From assembly GCA_018829965.1 (NCBI GenBank), contig JAHJTG010000005.1, positions 49,558 through 113,557 on the forward strand: a stretch of 64,000 nucleotides of DNA, given 5' to 3'. Below, piece by piece: positions 1 to 8,282 of this stretch. The notes beneath the pieces are model-generated. The model had not been told where the DNA came from. It saw only the letters and a list, made by a program, of their open reading frames with translations, and did no database searches. Source of the DNA: Patescibacteria group bacterium (GTDB lineage: Bacteria > Patescibacteriota > Minisyncoccia > Minisyncoccales > Staskawiczbacteraceae). Made by a program: the position numbers and the translations under genes. The first letter of the stretch is position 1, and every line of letters starts with the position of its first letter.

Positions 1-2
1 TT

Positions 3-164
3 TTAATCGAAGACATTCCGGCAATATTTCTATACAACTCCGGATATACTTATTTAATTTCCAATAAAATTAAAGGGACAGACACAAAAAGAATAGTTGA
101 CCCATCAAAAAGATTCTCTAACATTGAAGATTGGCACATTAAAACAAAAAGAGCATGGAAATAG
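3..164 (+). CDS. 3' end of a probable peptide/nickel ABC transporter substrate-binding protein (partial)
   Basis: Manual translation LIEDIPAIFLYNSGYTYLISNKIKG...RFSNIEDWHIKTKRAWK* resembles the C-terminus of family-5 substrate-binding proteins. Confidence 0.6.
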   Translation, partial: LIEDIPAIFLYNSGYTYLISNKIKGTDTKRIVDPSKRFSNIEDWHIKTKRAWK

Positions 165-742
165 ATTTAAAAAACTTAAAACCAGACGTTCGCCATTTAA
201 GAGACATGAAAAAGGTTTTATATGATAAAGAATGGCTGAAAACAGCTCAGAATTTAGAATTATATTATATGTATAGGGGATTGAAAAAAGAAAAAGGGTT
301 AAGATATGATATTACTGTTATCCCTTCTAAAATGTTGGGGGAAGAATTTGTAAAGACAAAAGGCAACCGCAACTCAGATAATTATTTAGAAATTTATACT
401 ATCCTTGAGGGAAAGGCAATATTCTTACTCCAAAAAATGGAGAATGAGAAAGTTAAAGATGTTTTCGCCATAAAAGCGAAAAAAGGAGAGTCTGTAATGA
501 ATCCGGCAGAATACTATATTGTTTCAATAAATCCATTTAAAAAACTTTTAAAATTAGGGAATTGGGTCCCAGAAAGAAATAAAAATATTTATCAAGATTT
601 AGAAAATAAACAAGGCGCTTGTTATTACTATACTAAAAACGGCTGGATCAAAAACAAGAACTATAAAAACATCCCTAAACTACGTTTTGAAAAGTCTCTA
701 AAATCTTTGCCAAAAAACTTAAACCTTCTCAAAGGTTGCTAA
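155..742 (+). CDS. cupin-type glucose-6-phosphate isomerase-like protein
   Basis: LYYMYR, LRYDITVIP, LGEEFVKTKG and GACYY match cupin PGI; the metal-binding His residues appear absent. Confidence 0.7.
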   Translation: MEIDLKNLKPDVRHLRDMKKVLYDKEWLKTAQNLELYYMYRGLKKEKGLRYDITVIPSKMLGEEFVKTKGNRNSDNYLEIYTILEGKAIFLLQKMENEKVKDVFAIKAKKGESVMNPAEYYIVSINPFKKLLKLGNWVPERNKNIYQDLENKQGACYYYTKNGWIKNKNYKNIPKLRFEKSLKSLPKNLNLLKGC

Positions 743-747
743 AACTT

Positions 748-831
748 GCCGCGGTGGCGGAATTGGAATACGCGCAGGGCTCAGAACTCTGTCCTCGCAA
801 GAGGTTGTGGGTTCAAATCCCACCCGCGGCA
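748..831 (+). tRNA. tRNA-Leu(CAG)
   Basis: GCCGCGG acceptor stem, anticodon arm CAGGG-CTCAGAA-CTCTG, long variable arm, GGTTCAAATCC T-loop. Confidence 0.95.
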
Positions 832-842
832 CAACAATAAAT

Positions 843-960
843 AAATCCTAAATCCGAAATCCTAAATCCTAAATAAATCCAAATATAAAATGTTAAAAAT
901 CCAAAACGTTTTAATTGTTTGAATTTAGAGTTTTGAAATTATTTAGAGTTTAGATATAGA
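843..960. repeat. heptamer (AAATCCT/AAATCCG-type) tandem array followed by a degenerate reverse-complement array
   Basis: aaatcct aaatccg aaatcct aaatcct ... tttagag/ttttgaa; similar arrays at 6550-6650 and 25980-26047. Confidence 0.75.
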
Positions 961-1066
961 GACTATAAATAATCTATATAATTGGTTCGCTCGCTCGGAA
1001 TAAACAAGCAAGCTTCTTTATTCCTTGCTCGTTGCCAATTATTAGAATTTAGAGTTTAAAAATATT

Positions 1067-2803
1067 ATGCAAAAAACAAGAAATACACTACCAATTAACG
1101 AGCCCGTCCGCAACGCTTCGCGTAGCGATGCGGGCGGACAAAATCTGCGCATCATCCCTCTAGGTGGTTGCGAAGAAGTCGGCAGAAATATGACTGTTTT
1201 TGAATATGGAAACGATATCGTAATATTAGACATGGGCATTCAGTTTCCGGAAGAAGATATGCCGGGCGTTGATTATGTAATCCCCAATACCGAATATTTA
1301 AAAGGGAAAGAAAAAAACATACGAGCAGTTATCTTTTCTCACGGACATTTAGATCATATTGGAGCCGCCCATATACTTTTAGGGAAATTAGGAAACCCTT
1401 TAATTATCGGCCGTCCTCTTACTATAGAAATGATAAAACGACGCCAAGAAGAGGTTAAAAGAGGAAGTTCAAAAAAATTAAAAATCGCTTATGTAAAAGA
1501 TATTAACGATAAAATGAATCTCGGAGCTTTTACGCTAAGTTTTTTCCCGATAGACCACGCTATTATGGATGCAATGGGCACAATATTAAAAACTCCGATA
1601 ACAACGATAGTTCATCCGGGCGATTGGACCATTGAACGTAAACCAATTGGAAGAAAAGAGATAAGATATGATTATTTATCTAAATTACAAAGACCAACAA
1701 TTTTAATGTTGGAAAGTTTGGGCGCAGTTAAAAAAGACCTTCCCATAACTGAAGAAGAAATGTTAAAAAATTTACATGGATTAATTAGTAACGCAAAAGG
1801 TAGAATTATCATTGCCACATTTTCCTCTCAATTACAAAGAATAAAACAAATTCTTGAATATGCCTCCAAAATAAACAAGAAAGTTGCCTTTGATGGTTAT
1901 TCAATGAAATTAAACGTAGAAATAGCAAAGGAACTTGGCTATATTAAAATGACAAAAGAGATGATAATTCCGATTGATAAAATAAACAACTATCCGGAAA
2001 ATAAGATAATCGTAGTGTGTACCGGAGGACAAGGAGAAGAAATGTCTGTTCTGCCAAGAATCGCTACCGGCAATCATAGATTTATTAAAGTTAAAAAAAG
2101 CGATACTATTATTTTCTCATCTTCAATAATTCCCGGGAATGAAAGAGCTATCCAACGACTGAAAGATAACCTCTATCGCCTTTCCGATAACGTTGTCCAC
2201 GGCGAAATAATGGATGTTCATATATCAGGACATAGCAATATGCATGATATTGAAAATATAATTAAACAAATTAAACCGAATTATTTTATACCTGTTTACG
2301 CAAACCACTTTATGCTGAAAGAAGCCGCTAAAATAGCTTATAACATCGGCTTCCCTAGAGATAAAGTATTTGTTCCTGACAATGGCTCAATTATAGAAGC
2401 TACAAGAAATGGTATAAAAATACTTAAAGAAAAAGTCCCGACTAATTATATTTACGTTGATGGCCTGGGGGTTGGAGATGTCGGAGAAATTGTATTAAGA
2501 GACCGCCAAATGTTGGCAAACGATGGAATGTTTGTTATTGTAGCAATAGTAGACAGGCAAACAGGGAGAATTAAAGGCTCTCCGGATATTATTTCCAGAG
2601 GATTTGTTTATTTAAGAGAATCGAAAGATTTGCTCGCCCAGACAAGAAGAAAAGTTATTGATATTGTTGACAAGGCAGCTGGATCTGGAGGAGCGATTAA
2701 TTGGGTCTATATTAAAGATGAAATTAGAAATAAAATTGGTGACTTTTTACACTCAAAAACCGAAAGAAGACCGATGGTTCTTCCGGTGGTAATTGAGGTA
2801 TAA
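1067..2803 (+). CDS. rnj: ribonuclease J
   Basis: PLGGCEEVGRNM, HGHLDHIG metallo-beta-lactamase motif, HISGH, C-terminal RRPMVLPVVIEV. Confidence 0.95.
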   Translation: MQKTRNTLPINEPVRNASRSDAGGQNLRIIPLGGCEEVGRNMTVFEYGNDIVILDMGIQFPEEDMPGVDYVIPNTEYLKGKEKNIRAVIFSHGHLDHIGAAHILLGKLGNPLIIGRPLTIEMIKRRQEEVKRGSSKKLKIAYVKDINDKMNLGAFTLSFFPIDHAIMDAMGTILKTPITTIVHPGDWTIERKPIGRKEIRYDYLSKLQRPTILMLESLGAVKKDLPITEEEMLKNLHGLISNAKGRIIIATFSSQLQRIKQILEYASKINKKVAFDGYSMKLNVEIAKELGYIKMTKEMIIPIDKINNYPENKIIVVCTGGQGEEMSVLPRIATGNHRFIKVKKSDTIIFSSSIIPGNERAIQRLKDNLYRLSDNVVHGEIMDVHISGHSNMHDIENIIKQIKPNYFIPVYANHFMLKEAAKIAYNIGFPRDKVFVPDNGSIIEATRNGIKILKEKVPTNYIYVDGLGVGDVGEIVLRDRQMLANDGMFVIVAIVDRQTGRIKGSPDIISRGFVYLRESKDLLAQTRRKVIDIVDKAAGSGGAINWVYIKDEIRNKIGDFLHSKTERRPMVLPVVIEV

Positions 2804-2807
2804 AACT

Positions 2808-3785
2808 ATGAGAATTTTAAGTGGCATCCAGCCAACAGGCGACATTCATATTGGAAATTATTTAGGAGCATTACGCCAATGGATATCTTTACAAGATAAG
2901 AACGAGTGTATTTTTTTTGTAGCCGATTTACATTCTTTAACTGTCCCCTACGACCCAAAAACCCTCCAAAAATCAATAATAGAAAAGATTATTTCTTATG
3001 TTGCCGCTGGCTTAGACCCGGAAAAAAGCGCTATCTTTGTACAATCGCAAATTAAAGAACATACAGAGCTCTGCTGGTTATTAAATACTGTTTGTCCGGT
3101 TGGCGAGCTTGAAAGAATGACTCAATACAAAGAAAAAGCGAAAAAGTTCAAAAACAATATTAATGCAGGACTTTTAGACTACCCCGTCCTAATGGCAGCC
3201 GACATATTGCTTTATAAGGCAGATGCAGTGCCGGTTGGTAAGGACCAAACCCAACACGTAGAATTAGCAAGAACTTTAGCCAGAAAATTTAATCAAAAGT
3301 TCGGAAAAACTTTTATAGAACCGGCGGACGTCCTTCCTAAAATGGGGGCTAAAATAATGAGTTTAATTGACCCTAAGAAAAAAATGTCAAAGACAGACGC
3401 TCCGCAAAGCTACATTTCTCTGTTTGAAGAACCAGAATCAATTCAAAAAAAAATAATGTCTGCGACAACTGATTCTGGCAAGAATATAAAATATGACCTT
3501 GTTAAAAAAGCAGGGATTACTAATCTTTTAACTATTTATAGTTTATTGGAAAACAAACCAATCAAAGAAATAGAGAAAAAATTTAAAAACAAAGGCTATT
3601 CCGAATTCAAAAAATCGTTGATAAAAGTCGTTATAGATTTCTTGAAGCCTTTCCGAAAAAAACAAAAGGAGCTCGCTACAAGAGAGGTTTACATAAAAGA
3701 AATTCTTAGCCGAGGAAAAAATAAAGCCCAAAGCATTGCCCAGACAACAATACAGGAGGTGAAAGAAAAAATGGGACTCATTTAA
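2808..3785 (+). CDS. trpS: tryptophan--tRNA ligase
   Basis: SGIQPTG, HIGN, VPVGKDQTQH, KMSK; start moved to ATG at 2808. Confidence 0.95.
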   Translation: MRILSGIQPTGDIHIGNYLGALRQWISLQDKNECIFFVADLHSLTVPYDPKTLQKSIIEKIISYVAAGLDPEKSAIFVQSQIKEHTELCWLLNTVCPVGELERMTQYKEKAKKFKNNINAGLLDYPVLMAADILLYKADAVPVGKDQTQHVELARTLARKFNQKFGKTFIEPADVLPKMGAKIMSLIDPKKKMSKTDAPQSYISLFEEPESIQKKIMSATTDSGKNIKYDLVKKAGITNLLTIYSLLENKPIKEIEKKFKNKGYSEFKKSLIKVVIDFLKPFRKKQKELATREVYIKEILSRGKNKAQSIAQTTIQEVKEKMGLI

Positions 3786-3796
3786 TTGTTATAAAG

Positions 3797-3830
3797 TATC
3801 AAAAAACAGCTCAACGGCTGTTTTTTGATA
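3797..3830. terminator. bidirectional intrinsic terminator
   Basis: tatcaaaaaacagc / gctgttttttgata inverted repeat between convergent genes. Confidence 0.8.
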
Positions 3831-3925
3831 AATTACGAATAATTAATTATTTAAAATGAATTCATTTAATTCCTCTTCCTTTTCTTCGAGCAAATCTTTT
3901 GTCCCGATAAATTTAAAAAATAAAT

Positions 3926-5272
3926 TTATCGAGGATCCTCGAGAGATAAAAAATCTTTTATCTCTCGGGATTTTTGCTTTAATAAATCTTGCGTGTCGGC
4001 TTCAATGGTTAAACGTAATAACAGTTCTGTGTTTGAGGGGCGGATATTAAACCACCAATCTTTATATTCCACTGTTACGCCATCTAAATAATCCTGCTTG
4101 CCATCAGAATATTTTTCTTTGATTTTGCTTATTGTTTCTTCTTTGTTCTCAATTTTAAAATTAATCTCAGAGTCTGTTGCATAGGGAGATAATTCTTTAG
4201 TAATGTCAGAAACTTTTTTGCTTGATTCTGAAATTATTTGCAATAGAATCAAAAAGGAAATAAAGCCGGAATCCGCGTAAAAATTATCTTTAAAGCAATA
4301 ATGCCCCGATATCTCTCCCCCCATTATTCCATTATTCTCTAATAAACCCTTTTGGACATTTAAAAACCCGGCTGGTGTCCTGATAGGATTACCTCCCCAT
4401 TTTTTTATAAATTCGGGGACTGCTTTTGAGCAAATTAAATTATAAGCAATTCCTTTGCCGAGATTCTTTTCCAAAAAGTATTTAGCCAAAAGCAAAAGAG
4501 TGGTGTCTCCTTTTTTAAAATCACCTTTTTCGTCTATCAAAAAAATCCTATCAGCGTCGCCATCAAAAATAAAACCAAAGTCAGCTTTCTCTTCTTTCAC
4601 CTCTTTACTTATTTGCTCGGCTGATCCTTCAAATAAAGGGTTTGAGGGATGGGCTGGAAAATTGCCATCTAAATCAAAATTTAGAGAGATAATTTTAATC
4701 GGAAGTTTCTGAGAGATTTTAGGAATAACCTTTCCCGCCATACCATTGCCGGCATCAATTACCACTTTAAATGGTTTTATTTTATTAATATCAACAAAAG
4801 AAAAAAGATGCTCTATATAATCTTGCCAAATATCTAATTTTTTTGTTTCTCCAAATTTTTTAGCTTTTATACCCGTTTCTTTGCCGATTGCTCCAATCAT
4901 TTCTTTGCCACTGACAAATTGAATTCTTTTTCCTTCCTTTTTAACCAACTTAAAGCCATTGTATTCTTTAGGATTATGACTGGCAGTAATCATAATTCCT
5001 GCATCATAATTATAATTGCCTACGGTAAAATATATCATTTCTGTTGATACCTCTCCTAAATCATAAATATCACAACCTGTTTCTATAATTCCGCGGCTTA
5101 AAGAATCAAAAATAGTCGGAGAAGAAAGCCGCATATCGCGACCAACTACTATTTTTTTAGCACCCGTATATTTAACGAAAGCCTGACCGATTAAATAAGC
5201 GGCTTCTTCATTTAACTCCGCAGGATATATCCCGCGGATATCATAAGACCTAAAAATATTAGATGGAATCAT
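3926..5272 (-). CDS. phosphomannomutase/phosphoglucomutase
   Basis: TASHNP, DGDADR, GEISGH motifs. Confidence 0.92.
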   Translation of the reverse strand: MIPSNIFRSYDIRGIYPAELNEEAAYLIGQAFVKYTGAKKIVVGRDMRLSSPTIFDSLSRGIIETGCDIYDLGEVSTEMIYFTVGNYNYDAGIMITASHNPKEYNGFKLVKKEGKRIQFVSGKEMIGAIGKETGIKAKKFGETKKLDIWQDYIEHLFSFVDINKIKPFKVVIDAGNGMAGKVIPKISQKLPIKIISLNFDLDGNFPAHPSNPLFEGSAEQISKEVKEEKADFGFIFDGDADRIFLIDEKGDFKKGDTTLLLLAKYFLEKNLGKGIAYNLICSKAVPEFIKKWGGNPIRTPAGFLNVQKGLLENNGIMGGEISGHYCFKDNFYADSGFISFLILLQIISESSKKVSDITKELSPYATDSEINFKIENKEETISKIKEKYSDGKQDYLDGVTVEYKDWWFNIRPSNTELLLRLTIEADTQDLLKQKSREIKDFLSLEDPR

Positions 5273-5511
5273 AGAATTATTATATTACAAGTGAGGAGAA
5301 AGTAAATAAGCCAAATGAGGAGAAATAAAAATTTATTTTTATTTCGGAGAATGTAGGCTTATTTACTTTTGACGAACGCAGGAATATATGTATGACTAAA
5401 GTCATACATATATCATTCCTCCATCAATTCCGCTATATTTCTGCGATTAAAGCCTTGATTTTTTAAATACCGCCTGATACAATGATTCTACATCTAAAAA
5501 TATAGGAACAC

Positions 5512-5955
5512 ATGAAAAATTACGAACTAAGCTACCTTATTTCTCCGGAATTAAACACTGAAGAATCAGAAAAATTAGCTTCGGAAATAATCGCTTTTAT
5601 CCAAACCTCATCGGGGTTAATAATAAAATCAGGAAATCCTATTCCTAAAACTCTTGGCTACCGGATAAAAAAACAGACATCTGCCTTATGGGTTAATCTG
5701 GAATTTTCTTTAGAGCCAGAAAAATTAAACGCTATTGAAGAAAAAATCAAAAAAGAATCTAAAATTCTCCGTCATATAATCGTTGTTAAAAATCCGCCAA
5801 GAAGAGAAAAAGAGAAAAGAGGAAGAAAGACAGAGCCTGTCCTTACTGAAGCTTCTGCAGAAAATAATGATGCGACAAAAGAAAAAATAAAATCAGAAAA
5901 AAAGGTCGAGTTAAAAGATATTGACGAAAAATTAGAAGAAATACTTAAAGAATAA
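5512..5955 (+). CDS. rpsF: 30S ribosomal protein S6
   Basis: MKNYELSYLISP, LGYRIKK, ILRH; rpsF-ssb-rpsR synteny. Confidence 0.88.
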   Translation: MKNYELSYLISPELNTEESEKLASEIIAFIQTSSGLIIKSGNPIPKTLGYRIKKQTSALWVNLEFSLEPEKLNAIEEKIKKESKILRHIIVVKNPPRREKEKRGRKTEPVLTEASAENNDATKEKIKSEKKVELKDIDEKLEEILKE

Positions 5956-6050
5956 CCTGATACCAATATACTAATGGGATACCAATGATACTAATAATTT
6001 TTTCGCAATTCGTATAATTGGTATGTGATTCGTATATTAGTATCGCATTT

Positions 6051-6551
6051 GTGAATCTAAATAAAGCTTTTATTTTAGGAAATGTAACCCGCACCCCAGA
6101 GGCAAAAGCTTTGCCAAGCGGATTATCAGTAGTAAATTTTGGTGTAGCTACAAATAGATTTTATACAGATAAAACTGGCACAAAAAAACAGGATGCCGAG
6201 TTTCATAATGTTGTTGCTTTCGGGAAATTAGCCGACATCTGCTCTAGTTATTTAAATAAAGGTTCTCTGGTACTAATTGAAGGAAGAATCCAAACAAGGA
6301 ATTGGCTTAATTCTTCTGGTGTTAAGCAATATAGAACAGAAATTGTTGCTAGCAATATACAGCTAGCTCCGAAATCAATGTCAGGCCCTACTTCTGGGTC
6401 AATGCCAGCATCAGGTATCGGAGAAAAAAACGAGGAAATTCCAATTATTGAAGAAAATTATATACCGCCGTCTGTAGATAATTTAAATCAGCCACAATCA
6501 GCGGAATTACCAGATGAGCAGGAAATAGATGTTAAGGATATCCCGTTCTAA
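6051..6551 (+). CDS. ssb: single-stranded DNA-binding protein
   Basis: NLNKAFILGN OB fold, EGRIQTR, C-terminal DIPF; GTG start at 6051 preferred. Confidence 0.93.
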   Translation: MNLNKAFILGNVTRTPEAKALPSGLSVVNFGVATNRFYTDKTGTKKQDAEFHNVVAFGKLADICSSYLNKGSLVLIEGRIQTRNWLNSSGVKQYRTEIVASNIQLAPKSMSGPTSGSMPASGIGEKNEEIPIIEENYIPPSVDNLNQPQSAELPDEQEIDVKDIPF

Positions 6552-6669
6552 AATACTAAATCCGAAATTCTAAATCCTAAACAAACCCCAAATTCTAAAT
6601 CACAAAATCAAAACGTGTTTAGAATTTAGATATTAGAATTTAGAATTTCTTTTATTAAATAAAAGTGTT

Positions 6670-6867
6670 ATGACTTGTTATTTTTGCCAAAAAAATATTG
6701 AAGATATTGATTTTAAGAACACGGAAGTGCTCTCTAAATTTGTTTCTGGTTCTTACAAAATAAAGGGTAGAAAGAAATCCGGTCTTTGCGCTCGCCATCA
6801 AAGAGGAATAGCTAAAGCCATTAAAAGAGCAAGACAATTGGGAATAATGCCATATACGCCGAGATAA
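6670..6867 (+). CDS. rpsR: 30S ribosomal protein S18
   Basis: CYFC, IDFKN, HQRGIAKAIKRARQLGIMPY. Confidence 0.93.
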   Translation: MTCYFCQKNIEDIDFKNTEVLSKFVSGSYKIKGRKKSGLCARHQRGIAKAIKRARQLGIMPYTPR

Positions 6868-6885
6868 TTATTTGACGTTAAATTC

Positions 6886-6912
6886 AAAACAGCCCTACTC
6901 GGGCTGTTTTTT
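6886..6912. terminator. intrinsic terminator between rpsR and recA
   Basis: aaaacagccc-tactc-gggctgtttttt. Confidence 0.8.
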
Positions 6913-6929
6913 GGTTATTTTAAATAGAA

Positions 6930-7937
6930 TTATTCTCTCTCTGGTTTTAGCACTTCTTTTTTAATTTCTTTCATTAATTCTTTATCTCCTCTTAAGGAAT
7001 TTTTGGCTGTCTCTAAGCCAACGCCGAGTTTTTTAGCACCGAACATAAAAGTATTGCCTGTTTGCTTGATAACACCTTTTGCCAAACCTGCCCGAAGAAC
7101 ATCTGCTGACACAGATATGCCCTCGTTATAATAAATATCAAACTCGGCAATTCTAAAAGGAGCGGCTACTTTATTTTTCACCACTTTTGCCCGAACTCTA
7201 TTACCAATAATCTCATCTCCACTTTTTATCTGGGCAGTTCTTGTTAAATTAATTCTGACTGAAGCATAAAACTTCAAAGCCAATCCGCCGGACGTAGTTT
7301 CCGGATTGCCGAAAAACATCCCTATTTTCATTCTTGTCTGATTTATAAATATAACTATGGTTTTTGTCTTTGCAACAATGCTTGCCAATTTTCTACAACA
7401 CTGGCTCATCAAACGCGCCTGCAAACCGATGTGCTGGTCGCCTATTTCTCCTTCTATTTCAACTTTTGGCGTTAGAGCCGCCACAGAGTCAATAACAATC
7501 ACGTCAATTTTTTCTGAACGGACAAGTGCCTCAACTATCTGTAATGCCTGTTCGCCGGAGTCTGGTTGAGAAATTAATAAATCATCCACGTTAACACCAA
7601 TCTTTCTTGCGTAATCCGGATCCATAGCATGTTCGGCATCAATAAATGCACACACGCCACCCTTCTTTTGAGCTTCGGCGACAATATGCAAAGACAGAGT
7701 TGTTTTACCGGAGCTCTCTGCTCCAAAAATTTCAATTACTCTACCACGAGGGACACCTCCAACGCCTAAAGCTAAATCCATTGCCATAGACCCTGTCGGA
7801 ATAACATCAACATCAACTGATTTTACTTCGTTCAGTTTCATAATCGCGCCTTCTCCAAAGCGCTCTTTAATTTCATCTAATGCTTCCCGCAAACCTCTTG
7901 AGTCTGACTTTTTTTCTTCTATTATTTTTTTTGCCAT
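6930..7937 (-). CDS. recA: recombinase RecA
   Basis: [34 protein letters not shown]. Confidence 0.98.
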   Translation of the reverse strand: MAKKIIEEKKSDSRGLREALDEIKERFGEGAIMKLNEVKSVDVDVIPTGSMAMDLALGVGGVPRGRVIEIFGAESSGKTTLSLHIVAEAQKKGGVCAFIDAEHAMDPDYARKIGVNVDDLLISQPDSGEQALQIVEALVRSEKIDVIVIDSVAALTPKVEIEGEIGDQHIGLQARLMSQCCRKLASIVAKTKTIVIFINQTRMKIGMFFGNPETTSGGLALKFYASVRINLTRTAQIKSGDEIIGNRVRAKVVKNKVAAPFRIAEFDIYYNEGISVSADVLRAGLAKGVIKQTGNTFMFGAKKLGVGLETAKNSLRGDKELMKEIKKEVLKPERE

Positions 7938-8282
7938 GTTTTTAATAGATTTTAACCCCAGTAGAAGTCGCCTGAGGCGACTCTACGGGGCTACGGCCCT
8001 TTGGCCTTGTTTTTAATAATTTTTAATTATCTAATTTTTAACTGCGGTGGTGGCAACACCGGGTGTTGCCGCAACACCCGGTGTTGCGAAGCCTAAAGTG
8101 CCTCTCGCAGGCGATTTTACATAGTTTCCGCCCGCAGGCGGAAAAAATCGCCGAGAGTGGAGATGACCAAACCTCGTCCCGATTTCTGAAAGAATTCGAG
8201 GATGCTCGATTGCCGCTCAATCGGCACAGGGGTTTAGATTATCGCCACTTTTATGGCTACTACCGAGCGTTAATATCGAGTA

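Noticed and set aside
843-960. CRISPR array in the short-repeat regions
   Set aside because: Units are 7-9 bp tandem repeats without unique spacers, and no cas genes are in the window.
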